64,000 nt of DNA. Source: Stylophora pistillata (lineage: Eukaryota). Location: NCBI RefSeq assembly GCF_002571385.2, contig NW_019218145.1:3032-67031 (forward strand). Direction: 5' to 3'. Within the stretch, counting starts at the first letter, position 1. Every line of letters starts with the position of its first letter. This document shows, in pieces, positions 24,217 through 37,638 of this stretch. The position numbers were made by a program, and so were the translations under genes. The notes under the pieces were generated by a model. That model saw only the letters and a list, made by a program, of their open reading frames with translations. It was not told where the DNA came from and made no database searches.

Positions 24217-27200
24217 TCATAACAACCGTGGTATCACAGTTAATGGTACAATGGGATGAGTGGCCTCTAAGTCAATAGCGGTCATCAGACACTCGCTCGC
24301 TGCTTCGTGCTCGTCTTGGGCTTCCAAAACCACGCCCAAAAGATGCCTAAAATGAAATCCACCACCCAGCAAGCAGACACACACATCGTTAGTATCAATA
24401 CGATTAACCTGTGTGACCAAGACAGGATTTCTCCTTATAAATGGATCCAATACCATATTCTCGAAACGAACATCATAAGAATTATATTACAGACAATGAG
24501 GAGAAATACTAATAAGATCGTGGGAGGGACCGAGTTAATTGTTCTCGAAGGCTTTGTTTCGACACTGTGGTCACAGGAGAGCGTTAGCCGACAAGATAAC
24601 GGAAAGGTTCTACTTTCCTCAGAGTTTATGCGTGGAAATAAACCCAACTACACGCTTCATAGCTGTTTAGTTACACTACGAGGTCAAAATAATATTGACA
24701 CGATGCAACTCGAGGCACGAAATAAAATTCAAAAAAAACTATGATAACGTAACGCAACGTGTTATTGGTCAAGGGGATCTGACAACAGGGTTATACATCC
24801 ATGTAAGCAAGAGAGAGAGAGAGAGAGATGAAGACAAGGTCACATAACCTGTCTTATTCAGTCAAATTAGAATTAATGGTACCCTCTAGCTTAATGATTT
24901 ACACTCGCGCCCAAACGAAGGACTTGAATGAAACTGACAACTCACCAAGCTTCAAATGCTGTTGGATCGATATTGATGGCTTCGCGGAGTACTTTCTCAG
25001 CCATGACGAGGTTACCAAGTTTGTGATACACTGCACCCTAAAGAGAACAAATGAATTAAACGGTTTTACATGTTAACCTATAAGTCTATAAACATAGCCG
25101 CGAAACTTTCCTGACTTTATTATTCACATGGCACAATCTGGAGAAGGAGAAACAATCGAAAATAAAAAAAAAAAATCAAAATTACGCTGAAATTAATTAT
25201 CATTCTTGGTACTCCGTATACTATTTAACAACTGAAATTGTGCGTCATACTCCATTCTGAAAATACCATCCATTGGAAGGGGTAATATTTGTAGGTGGTA
25301 AAAATGTGAGGGGACCCACACAATCATTGAAAATATTTCAGTGACGGGGGGGAACGGTCAATATTATCACTCACCTGAGGGGCTGGTAGAGGGGGACTCA
25401 CAGGATTCTGGTTAAGTCAAGATAAAAGTTATCTGAATCCCCCCTCCCATAGGGCTTTGTAATATTCTTATGATCCCTCCCTTATTAGCATTTAATTGGC
25501 AGTCAATTTTCTGACACCCCCCTTCCGTTCCCCCCTGAAAACCATGGATCCTCCCAAAATCTTCTCCTCTAGGCAATAAATAACGACTGGTCCCTCATTG
25601 TGCGATGGATTTAAAATAGTCAGAATTAGAACACGGGAACCATATGCCGATAAGGATTCGTTAATGAATGTAGTGTAATTTTGTTCGTCTTACCAGAAGT
25701 TGAATGCTGGCCACGTGGTTCGGGTTTATGGAGATCGCATTATCGAAGCAATTCTTGGCTTCCATAAGGTTTTCTCTGAGCTCAAAAATGCGGCCACGCT
25801 GTGTAGGAAAAATTGAGAACAACAAATTAACCATTTGAAGTCTGCATGTAGGACTGAGTGGGAACTTCCGATGCGCAGATCATCGTCCTATCCCTGCATT
25901 AGGTCATCGCGGTTCTTACTATTGCGCTGTTCCCGTTCCAGGCTTTTGCTCGGTCACCGCATTCTCAAAGCGGTCGCTCCCTCGATCTAAACCTCCCTAC
26001 TGAGAGCACAGTATTTTTAACAAAGGGGAAGATAATACGTATGCGTGCACTGATAACACGCAAGCAAGACTTATCATACCTGGAATAGCACATCTGGGGA
26101 AAAAGGGAAAATCAAATGAGCCTCCTGAACGCATGCGCTGGCTTCAGTGTCCTTCTTCATTGCGATATACACATCAGCTGTAACAAAACACAACATAAGT
26201 CTGAAATAAATCAACAAACCACTTCCCTGAGTGACTAAATAGAAGTGAGTTAGATAAGGTATAAAGTGTTGACAAACTGTAAAAAGATCTCATGCTGTAG
26301 TTTTCGCAACTGATCTGAGATTGTGCTGGTCTTAGTTGACTTTGCATAAAATAAGACTTACCGATAGCAAGCCAGAGTTTTGCTTGTAAGGCCAAGACAG
26401 CCGGGACGCTGAGTTTGACGGAAGTGGAGGCAGCCTCGTCCGATAAGGCTTGCTCAAGGCGCACTGAAGCGGCGATTGAACTGGCACCATCATCTGACAA
26501 GAAACACCAACAGTAATTAGTAATTAGTAATTAGTTTCCAACAGCCTGACAATAACCAAAGTTGCACGGGGAATTCTATTGTTTAACAGAGCACTTACTG
26601 GAGTCTTTGTCACTGGTGAGTTCCGTGAGTGGAATCTGTTTCAAGCTTCGGGAATCTGTGATGACTTTGTCTAGTAAACCCGATCCAGCCCTTTGAAGCT
26701 CTGTGGATCTACGTTGAGAACAGTTACTTGATAAGACCTTTAGCCCCACTCTAAATTTTAAACAGTTTGTGGGTAAGGCATTGAGTCTGGAATAAATTTT
26801 GTTGGTTTACTTTTAGCACACAAAATTCCTCCTGCAAACAGAGGTTGATTGACAGTTCTTAAACGCCTAATGGCCTCTTCCTTTCGCGTCTTGTAATAAT
26901 TTTTCAAGCTTCACGTGACTGTAAGTCCCACTCCCACTCAACGGGATGTTCATCCCTAGTTCGTACACCCCACCCCCCACCCCTACCTCAGCAACTTGGG
27001 TTCCCCCGGACACTTCACAGGCATCAATTATTAATACTGGTAGGAGCACTGGAAAGGCTGAGAGTCTCGCCCACAGAAGCAAGGAAATTAAAATTCCGCG
27101 GCTCTCTAATCTCAATTCAGTTATCCACAAATTGAGATTTAGAATTGCTTCTAAAATCAACAAACTTCCTATCAAACTTCGAGATGTGAAAAATCCTTTC

Positions 27201-30200
27201 TTATTTTTAAGTTTTGGTTCACTGCTTACCACCTTCAAATGGTTTTACCCGCAAAAAGTAATTCTGCGCAACAAGCAGAAACTTCACTCGTTATTTTTTT
27301 AATCAAGTGCACCTTCGTTTTGATCGACGAATCACCACTCACCCTGAGAGATCAGACTCGTACACCTGTTTCCAGGTCTCCAGCAACCGTTTGCACGTGA
27401 TAAGCGCTTGGTCTCCACCTAAGCAGGCCTGTTCTAGCTTAACCTTCGTCAGAAGCAAACTCGGAACAGATAAAAGATAACGCTAAGCAAAATAGGAGTA
27501 AGAGTGCTTCTCGGGAATGAAACACCTGTCCATAGCAGGCTGGAACCCCTCTGCATTTCAGCTGAGAACTGAGGTATTCAAGTATCAAGTTACCCCACCA
27601 AAAAAAAGAAGAATAAAAAAAAGAAGCAGAAAAGAAGCCTGGAGAAAAAATTAGGCTTCAACGATTTTCGAACTAGTTTGGCGCTACTACCAAGCGCCAC
27701 GAAGCTACACGTTGGGAACGAGGGAAAGTTTTTTAGAGAGTTCTTTTTTCCTACGGCGGAATCTGATTACAATTTTTCATGAAATAAATTTAAATTGACC
27801 TGCGGATAAAAGTCAAGTACAGCTCACCTGTGGAACAGGTGAGCTGAAGTACTATACACACCTGAAGTCGTCAGGGAATTCCATCAGGGCAGCGTCACAG
27901 ACTTCAAGTGCTTCAACAAACTACAAATGAACATCATAAATCAAACTGCAACTTCTCCTCGTTACACCAGATCAGCACGACATGCAGGCGAGGTGGTGAG
28001 AAATTAATCACCAATACAAAACATTGAAAAAGATCACTTAAGAGAATTCATGTTTTGAGCTGTGAGATGTTTTGAGATGAGATGGAGAATAAACTCACCT
28101 ACCTTTTTCTGAGAGGAAAGTATAAGAGCTAAGAGATGCAGGAAAAAGGATTGGTTCATGTCCATTTTAAGTGCATTTCTGATGTTCTTTAGGGCCTTTG
28201 TCATCTAAGATGGACGTAAATAAAACTTTTAGGGTCCAGTTTCTAAACAATCCACAGTTTTAAGCGCTCTGTGATCGAGTATCGTAAAACAAAAAGCAAA
28301 GGAATCGAAACAGTTACTAAGAATACACGCCGGTGTTTCCCGCGGCGCACTAACATTATTAATTTTATTTTTACTAATTTTTTTTTTCTAACTCGCGCAA
28401 CGGACTTCGCCTAAAAGATGGGACTGTCCGTAGTCTACAGCACACGATGACGAAATAGGAACAGGAACTTTACAGAAGTCTTTGTTTCTCCCTTTACTTT
28501 CCCACGGTCCATCCAAAAGAACAAAGCGGTTGGTAATTTTCAAACTATCTCTTACCTGTCTCATGAGAGCATGATTAAGGGCGAGGTTAAACAAAACTTC
28601 ACTGTCGTCAGGATCCAAGTTATGCCCCCTGTGTAAACAGAGAAAATGCCAAAAATAAACAAGGAGAAATTGATTTTTNNNNNNNNNNNNNNNNNNNNNN
28701 NNNNNNNNNNNNNNNNNNNNNNNNNNNNNNNNNNNNNNNNNNNNNNNNNNNNNNNNNNNNNNNNNNNNNNNNNNNNNNNNNNNNNNNNNNNNNNNNNNNN
28801 NNNNNNNNNNNNNNNNNNNNNNNNNNNNNNNNNNNNNNNNNNNNNNNNNNNNNNNNNNNNNNNNNNNNNNNNNNNNNNNNNNNNNNNNNNNNNNNNNNNN
28901 NNNNNNNNNNNNNNNNNNNNNNNNNNNNNNNNNNNNNNNNNNNNNNNNNNNNNNNNNNNNNNNNNNNNNNNGGGGGAAGGTTTGAGGGAGCTGCGGAAAC
29001 ATCAATCTGAACCTGTCTTTGATCTGAGGTCTTTCTTCCCATCCTTTTCCTTTCTCGTTCTTCCCAGTTTCGTATTCGCCCTATCCTAGACTAGAAACCT
29101 TGTTCACAAGCTTTATCTATGATAATCCAAAGCGCTTTCTTCTCCGCTGACCCCAGCAAGACGCAGTACACTTAGCACATATCCAACTTGTAAATGACCT
29201 GGCCTGTCGACAACTTTTTAGGTTAGTTGGACGACCATCCAACCACCAAGTCAGACCTAACTGCGGGCTAAATTCGTTTTCATTGTCCCACGCTCGTGAC
29301 AAATTTGCAACATTTTTCGTTAAGGTAACGTTGCGTTGATTAAAAAGGAAACTATCACCAGCATTACTAAAAGGATGAGTTTTGAAAAGGAGAGCAGAGA
29401 AAATCATTGGAGAAAATCAAATTTTCTTCCATCATTTTTACTTACTTCTGAAGAGCATCAATCGCTTGTTTCTGAAGCTGTTGACGTTCTCCACTTAAAC
29501 AAGCTGTAGGAAGATACATTAATACAAAACATTAGAAACATCTCCCCTTAAGATAGTCGTCAGTAATGAAAAGAAGGCAATAAAATGAATTTTCGTTAAT
29601 AACTAATTAGTGTGAGCAAAGTTGTACCTAAAATAAATCTAAAAAACTAGTCGTTACACTATTTTAAAAACCTGATGTTTTGAGGCTATAAGTAAAATCA
29701 ATCAATCTATTGCCTCATTGATAAAAACTATGCAAAGACAGTAATTTCCCCCAAAAAAACTTCGTTGGCTGGGAATGTCTCCGACCCAGTCTCTGCGCAA
29801 ATTGCCAAAATCCATGCAGGAAATTACAAAGTTAAGAGCACATCCTATGCACCTTCACTGGCTAACAGACTGTAACCGATACCCAGTGCCAAGTATCCTT
29901 TAGACGAAAGCTCTTTCTCATCTCCCATGGCGATAACTTTCTTAGCAAACTTTATCCCTTCATCAATCTTGTAAAAACAAAAACAAAAAAAGAAAAAAAA
30001 AAAAAAGAGGAAGCGAAAAAGCTTATTAGTAACCACTCCTCATTTTTACTCTCTCTTTCATTTTCCTGTACTTATTTTGCAATACTTAGGATGTCAAAAA
30101 TGTCTGCTCAGGGACCGCGTTTCCCACTCCACCGCAGCCCATCTCGGTCTCCGTTTCACGAAACGTTGAGGAGAATCGATGATCCCTTGAGTAAACTTGG

Positions 30201-33200
30201 CATTTTGACAAGACTCCCGCGCATTTGAATGGTATTTATTTATACTCGGGGGGGGGTGGGGGGGGGGGAGAGGAGAGAGGGGCGGCGATAATAGAGTGTC
30301 TTGGCCGAGGACACAACACAATGACCTAGTCAGAGTTAAATCCCAGATAACGGCAGTACAATTAATCCTGTTCTTGCTTCACGTGATGACGCTTTAGAAT
30401 CCCCAGTGAAGACCACAATTCATTCGAATTTTTTTCTTAGTTCAACGTCGTGAAATGAACTTTTTGACTGAGTTACCGTTCGATTTTTTGGAGTCTTTAG
30501 GCTAAGAAAAATTTCTACAATCTTGATCACTTGACTGAGCGCAGTACTTCAAGGTGAAAATTCCTCTTTGTTTGAATTCGAGGCAGGGCTTGCAAAAGTC
30601 CTTGGGTATCAATAATACTAGGAAAGAGAAATATCCTTGCACAAGGAAAACCGCTTCGTAGTACATGATTATTCAATGCATTCTTCTAATTATGTTATAC
30701 CGGTGTTCATAATGTTCCTCTTTCAATAACGTGACTCCACACCCCTGAGGACTAGATCGCTAAGGGAAACTCATCCACTTGACTCAATGTGGGTTGTTTC
30801 AACATAGTTCAACAGACATTTAGAAGGCTAACCCTTTTTCTACATTCTACAATATTAAAAGAAACAAATTTTCATACCATATGAAGGCTGTTAAGACAGA
30901 GCTTAGCAGCATAAAGGCAGACCAAGGAGTCTTCGGGGCGGAGCTGATGACACTGTTTGAGAACCATCAGGGCTCTGTGATACTTAAGGCAGGAGAGAAA
31001 GTCAAATTACAATTTTGAAAAGTTCTTATTTTTACAACTGTGAAACAGAGATGCCAAGAAACATCATCAAAAAAATGTTATAAAACCACTCCCCCCCTTC
31101 CCTCCCCCAACACCTCCATTTCCAGCCGCAATGAAGCTAATTTTTTTGGTTAGTTTCAATGAAAGCGTAACTTAGTCAAAATAGTTTATTGCTTGTTAAG
31201 GAAAATGAACTTCATAAGTGGAAACACATACTTTGCCTGCACTGATGAGAGACAGACCAAACTGAAACCACAGGTGGAACTCTTCAAAAGCAACTTTCAT
31301 TCCTCTGTCAAAACACTGAAAAACATTTTAAAAATGTTATCATCTTTTTTCGTTGCCCTAAGAAAACTTATTGCCATATTCTAACCTCTGATAACATGCC
31401 ATACTGAGCTCTCCTGACCAGCGCCAATGTAAGTAAGTCATATGCATTCTCAGAATCGACAACTGTCTGTTGTCTGGCTGTTGACTTTTCTGGAGCTTGA
31501 CTGAGCTCTGCATCCTTAAATACCTGATAAAAACAAAAACAAAAACCAAAAACAGGCGAAATAAAACAGTAATCAAGTAACCTTGGGGCCACCCAAACAA
31601 TGAAATCAATCAGAGGACAGAACTAAAATAAGAGATTCCAATATTCCCAATCAAATTCAAGAACAAAACAGTGAACTTTCAAATTCATAGTTGACAACTA
31701 ATGCTTACGTGACTACATAAGGTGTCTGTACCAAGTCCAGTTGAAAAACATGGTTGTTATTTACTGGACAGGTACATGTTTTACCATGCTTTCCATTTTT
31801 ATTTCCATGTAGTATGACTTACTACAAAGAGTATATCTACAAGTAGAAATAAGTAATTATACCTGAACCTTGTGGAAAAATAAATCTACCACTGGACAAT
31901 ATTTACCTCATCTTGGAACCTACATGAAAACAAAAGGATTCTGAATACAAAAACAAAAAAATACTTTGAAACAAACCATACCATGGCCTCGTCTAAAAGT
32001 AAAAGGAGCAAACTTTCTTCTGTTTCATTCCTGGGAAAAAACAAACTGCAAGAAAAAAAAGTATATGCCAGTGCTTGAGAAACAAAGTAACCCTTCAGAT
32101 ACAATGAATATATGAAGTTCATATAGTTGAATATAGTTCATATAGTTCAATGTATCTGAATACATTGAATATATGAAGTTCATAAAGTAACCCTTATTGG
32201 TAGTGTGCAGGAACCTCCTTATAACGTCTTAGTTTAACCCTTTAACTTCCACGATCTGATTGTTAATTCTCAAGTCTAGCTGCTTCACATTTTCTTGTAC
32301 ATTAGTTAAGAGAATTTGTTGTTAGATCAAGATAACAAATTCAACCTGATAAGTTTGAGTATTCTCATTACCTGTCTACCGGATAATGTTGGGAGAAGTT
32401 ACATGTTAATCTCTACTGAAAGTTAAAAGGTTGATTGATTAGGATTATTATGTTGTGTCCTTGGGCAAGAAAGCACACTCTCTAAATGTCTCTCTCTTCC
32501 CAGAATTATTGATCAGTAACTGTGTGGAGAACTTGATATACAGTGTGCATGTATAGCTGAGGCATTCATAATGAGGGAAGAACTAAAGTGCTCTCCATGA
32601 GGAGTGGCCATATTACTGATCCTACTTGAACAAGGTGTATGCTTCAAGAAACTTGTCAAACTTGAAGCAAATTTGTAGACACTTGTCCAGGGGTTAAGTT
32701 ATGCTATGAACTCTCAAATGCAGTCTTTGTCAAAATTACATGTGTACTTTTAAATGATTAAGATAAAAATCACTTGTTTTTTGGATCAAACTTCTCTTCA
32801 TGAAGAGAGTTTCACTAAAACTGTGAGATCAGCTTGAAGGACTTAACCCTTTAGCCCTTAGGGGTGACTAACATCTAGTTTTTCTCTATATCATCACTAC
32901 TGAATCAAATATTAAGATTGGGAGAATACAAGAAATGACCACCTACTCAAGAAGCTCTTGATCGTAAAAAATATTCTCCTTGTCAATAGCATTGGAAATG
33001 TATAGAGAGCAGTATGGAGAATTTGTATACTGATGTCAGGGTGTAAAGGGTTGAAAAATGAATATATAGGTTCATCTTATACCTTTCTCCACTGTACATT
33101 TGTGGTTTCAGAGGAAAGGTTGCATGCTTGCAGGTAATAACATTAATTGTGGTGGCCTTCAAGTCCATCTTGGATGCAGATTTCAGTGATGATGTTGAGC

Positions 33201-36200
33201 TTATCATTGGAGAGTTGGGCAGTAAGTTTAGGGGTTTTTCGTAACTCATCTCACAAACTCCTCGTAACAGAACCTGTGCCAGCTGCTTGGCTAATCCCTG
33301 AACTCAATTGAGTTTTTGTAAAAAAAAAAAAACCAACAACAACAACAACATTAGAGATAAAGAGGCATACAGCAGGTCTTTGCAGTGGCTTTAGCACATA
33401 TTTCCATGTTGAGGGATAATTCAATATTTATGGTTTAAATTGGCTTGATCACAAGCTGCTACTGGCTCTGAAACTTCTAAAACTTAGCAACATTGATCAA
33501 CAGTCATTAGACAATGCATTTACCTTTCTCAAGCCTAGAGAAGTTCTTGTCTCCACAACTCTCATCATGAGTCTAAATCTGTTGATACCCTCCATAATTT
33601 TCCTGTCACAATACAAAAACACATATTAGACTCCACCTCTTAAATGAAAATCAGGAGAAGAGCAAAAACTAGAGCTTTCATTTTTTCACTTAATTGAAGA
33701 TCACCATTGGGAACTTTCTAGCCTGGAATAGAAGTATAACATGAGCAGATTGATTTAACTTGCACAACAGTCTACATACACAGTAGAAAGTGCGCCTCAG
33801 CAAGCCTAAGTTTTACTCACCCATTCTTAATGTGAAGTACTGGAGCCCTTTGTAGCGCTATCTCCAGGGTCCTTCCTAACACTGGCGTCTGTGATGGTGT
33901 TGCAGTCCGTTGTGAAGATGTCTGGTCAGTAATTAGCCAGAGCCCTATGTCACCAGCGCATTCATAACAAGAAATGATATCCTCATCACTGATGTCTGAC
34001 TTTCCAATTGACCGCAACTGCTCAAGAGCCATGGCTGTGGGTATAGCATACATATTGATTGAATTAAACACATTTCTATATTTCATTAAATACCTTGCTG
34101 GTGATCTTCCAGAAAGTGACATTTCTCAACTTTCAACCTTACATCTGGTAAAAATGAGAGTCTTAAGTTACAAGTTTTTCAAGATGGGAGAGTGTTTTGC
34201 TTTTTTCGCAAATGATGAGACCAACTTTTTTTTAAATCCTGTGACACCTAAGAGTGATATGCATCTAGATTCTCCCAACAGTGTCGCCTCTGAATCAAAC
34301 ATTAAGGTCACGAGAATACAGCAAATGATCACCAACCAAAGAAGCTATTGATGTTGGACAGATTCTCCTTGTTAAAACCTCAGGAAATGTATAATTAAAG
34401 TACAATGTGGAGAACTTGCATACTGATTATAGGGTGAAAAGGCAGGGCTCAATTTAAAACTAACTTTTTAACTTACTAGCAAAGTGGCTAGTGACAATTT
34501 AAATGTTATAAGAATTTCAGTCTGTTTACTAGCCAAACTGGCTGGTGGAAATTGAAAACCACTAGCCAAAACTGAATACCTACTTGTCTGTGGCTAGTTG
34601 GCCACTGTTAGTACTAAACCCTGATACAGTTGACACACTCAGTGTCAACATTCCCTATGGCAATCATTCTTGGCATCCAAAGCTCTTTTCTAATATTTTG
34701 GAGTTTCTGAGCCAGAAATGCACTTGTTCTTATTCCTTTCCCTTACAAGATCTGATTAGCAATTCTCCTTACGGTCTACCATACAATACTTATGTTGTTA
34801 GTTAGAGAACTTAGTATTGGATCAGTTAATGATCCCTTATTGATATTTTTCTTAAATCTCATTCCTTTAAGCTTGATTTTGAATTGATAAGGTGAGGAGA
34901 AATTCTGTGTTGGTCACTCATGGGAGTTACAGGGTTATGGTGCACTAAAAACAATACCAAGCAGAAATGATTTAAGTAAGCCTGTATGATCAGCTGCTGA
35001 AAAATAATGTTACCTTTATGAGCAAAACCTTCAGCAACCAGTTTTGTTTTCCTTTTTAATTGTGTGTCAATGTAGATGTCTTCTGTTCCAGCTTGGTCAC
35101 AGCATTTTACACAACTTTGAAATTCTTCCAACACAAAGTAAGCTTTGCACAGCAAAAATAAAGCCTCTTGTTTTCTTTCTACCTGTTCAATGAGAAAATA
35201 TGTCGTGGTACAATTTGAGATGATATTAGCATAATGTTTTGGATATGCCACTGCCATTTCTTCATTCAGCTATACTTTACATGTAAATTCTCCCTTGAGA
35301 ATACTCAAGCCTATGAGGTAGAAGGGAAATGTTTAGCAGCTAGAGGGAAGAATTAACAGATCTAGGAGGTCAAATGATTCATTAAATTGAATAGAATTGT
35401 TTACACCAATTTTTTTTATCTACTACTTCATTCACTTATTTATTGAATGATTCATTTATTAATTGTTTATTGGTAACTCATTCATCTACTTTTTACATAC
35501 CTTTCCCAACTTATCTTGAGAAACCAGTTTTTCAAGATTCGCAACAGTTTCCTCTATAGCTTTTTTGGCTTTAGCAGCATCTGTTGTTCCGAGAGGATGA
35601 TCTCTGAGGTATATTTCAAGTTGGGATTCACTGATGAGTAGCTTTTTTATTGCATCTGCATACAAAAATTAAATTAAAATATACATCCACTCCATCTGTA
35701 ATAAATGAATTAAATGATACAGCTACAAAGAGGAGCTATAGATTGGCCACATAGTGAATTTTTTAAGGTTAAAGGAGTTGCAGATTGGCCACTTAGCAAA
35801 AGGTCACATTGTTTATAAAACTCTGTATTGTTAGCCATGTTCTCTTGATGACTAGCGAAGATTTAAAGCAATATGTCTCGTACACTGGATGATATCACCC
35901 CAGAAATCATTCTTACTGCCCGCAGAGCTAATATACTTTGTTTAATTAACCTTTCTCCAGTACCTCTAAACTTTGAAAAACCAGTCAATCGAAAAAGCCC
36001 CCCTCACTCAAAATTGAAAATGACCAAGGGAATGAAAACAGTTGAATACATGACATAAACATTGGCAGGATGATTTCCTCTATGAGAGAGTTCCTTAATT
36101 CAATCGAATCTGAATCTTCCCATTGAAGTTTTTATCCAAAGATGATAAACACATGACTAACTCGTGAAAATTGGAAAAGTCTTCCAATATGAAATATGTA

Positions 36201-36523
36201 GCCTTAACTTCAATTCAGATTTCGAAATAATCCAGTGGTGATCAATATGTGTACAAATTAAAACCAGACACATCGAATACTCTTCAATTTAGCGTTTGAG
36301 TTTTTCCACTCGAAACGTCAATCTTCCAGACAAAAAGTAAAATCCAGCAAATAATTATAAAAACTTTACTTAACGACAACATGCAAAAACACTTACCTAT
36401 ACTTGGCTCACTCGTAGTCCGACTTGATAGCTGATCGACCAGTTTTGGCATATATTCCCATTTTTCCTCCCACCGCGAACGCTCTATGTCATTCTCTAAA
36501 TTAGTTTTTGATCTTCGAGCCAT
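24217..36523 (-). CDS. TTC7: Tetratricopeptide repeat protein 7 (PI4KIIIalpha complex scaffold), 22 coding exons, about 846 aa
   Basis: Phase-consistent exons: 36523-36397, 35655-35501, 35182-35014, 34034-33821, 33602-33524, 33297-33083, 32045-31982, 31523-31386, 31315-31232, 30982-30878, 29967-29853, 29503-29446, 28628-28556, 28204-28103, 27920-27862, 27459-27343, 26708-26599, 26493-26362, 26177-26080, 25798-25694, 25037-24946 and 24346-24217, totalling 2541 nt. TTC7 motifs include LENDIERSRWE, CYECAGDI, VETRT, LAQVLLRGVCE, FPRNETEESLLLLL, AYDLLTLALVRRAQY, FEEFHLWFQFGLSL and the C-terminal AIDLEATHPIVPLTVIPRLL. Confidence 0.92.
28679..28971. other. Assembly gap (N run) in a TTC7 intron
   Basis: Run of Ns. 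The flanking exons stay in phase, so a missing exon is not required. Confidence 0.99.
30225..30345 (-). mobile_element. Decayed fragment of the tRNA-SINE family seen intact at 58676
   Basis: Minus-strand CATTGTGTTGTGTCCTCGGCCAAGACACT...AGTATAAAT matches the core of 58749-58815. A similar plus-strand relic lies at about 32448-32505. Confidence 0.5.
32843..33054 (+). mobile_element. About 210-bp MITE with TTAACCC...GGGTT termini (piggyBac-like ends), multi-copy family
   Basis: The same body (...CCTGAATCAAACATTAAGGTCA.GAGAATA.AGGAAATGATCACC...CATACTGATGTTAGGGT) recurs at 34233-34442, 57315-57521 (inverted) and 63872-64000. Related variants lie at about 32234-32434, 34740-34937, 44020-44120, 60061-60253 and 24405-24510. 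Confidence 0.75.
34233..34442 (+). mobile_element. Copy of the TTAACCC MITE family
   Basis: Aligns by eye with 32843-33054 and 63872-64000. Confidence 0.7.
34443..34623. mobile_element. Possible small MITE with CAGGG...CCCTG ends
   Basis: Termini CAGGGCTCAAT and ACTAAACCCTG with internal CTAGC/GCTAG repeats. No target-site duplication is visible. Confidence 0.35.
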
Positions 36524-37010
36524 TTCATTTCACGAAAGCGCGTTTTCAAGCAATCTACATTATGCCAACAGAACACCTTCTAGACAGCCATGTTTGTTTT
36601 CAATAGGAAACCGCAGAAGATTGGGTTCCACTTTCTTCAAAATTGCTCATGTAATTTACACAGAAAGTCCATTGAGCGCCATCTCAACCTTCATATTAGG
36701 ATTAAAAATAATGAAAGGTAAGAAATAGAAAATAGGGAAAGTGGTAAAAGATATAAGAGCGTAGTAAATGAAATGTGTTGTAACCAGCTGATAAGCCCGT
36801 CGAGGCATAACCTTAATTTCTTTTTCTACAATTCGTTCCTCTGCTGTATCACCTATGGGGATCATTTCGTAATTGAACATGGAACAAAACAAAAGGTTAT
36901 CAAACATCGAGTCAGTTTAAAGTTACAAGGTTGATCACGGTTTTCCACTCTCCATATTATTTGATGAGACTCTAAAAAGGAAGCTTTAATACATAAAGCT
37001 GAAGGTTCAG

Positions 37011-37016
37011 TTTATT
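37011..37016 (-). terminator. Candidate polyadenylation signal of calmodulin-like gene 1
   Basis: AATAAA on the minus strand about 620 nt after the stop and about 490 nt upstream of the TTC7 ATG. Confidence 0.35.
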
Positions 37017-37638
37017 TAAATTTCCAAGAAGTTATCGTAAAGAGACTTTGGAAATATCTGAAGTGAAACTAAGACACTCATGAACTCATTATAAGTGATA
37101 CACTTGTCTTCCTAGAAAAATGGTCAAAGATGGGATTGACCATCTATTCATTACAAAGGTGATCATATTTTATCCATATGTACAGCTGTCTTTTGCCAAC
37201 GCTAAGGTTATTTAAATGATGGTTTGCGTTCGTGTTCATCGTAGAAAATATAATGGTTGGAGATGAATTGAAATTTCAACCAGAGACTACTAGTTAACGA
37301 GGCACGAACTATTTCTTTTGAGGCCTCGGCTCCTCATTACTGTCTTGAATTTAAAAATACAATCAGGAAAATTCCTCCAATGCTAAAGGTACTTGGGGAC
37401 ACATCAGTCCATATGTCCTACCACTACATAATTTCTTTCATATCAACAGGCACGTATTATTTACATGAACATTTTGTGTACAACTTAAGGAGAAAAAAAA
37501 CATTTCATCATAGATATCTGACCTCTCTTAGCTAGATACCTAGAGTAGATAAAGGTCTAAAATGAGGCTAAATTAAACTGATCGACTCAGTCTTCGATCG
37601 TTTGCGATGGTCGACAGATTGTCCTCGGGATGTTTAAT

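Noticed and set aside
21283-29089. ORFs containing long X runs
   Set aside because: They are artefacts of N gaps.
32773-32814. Possible extra TTC7 exon (TTTTAG|TGAAACTC...)
   Set aside because: The flanking exons already join in phase to give the conserved YSGESLFFPRNETEE, and the donor is weak.
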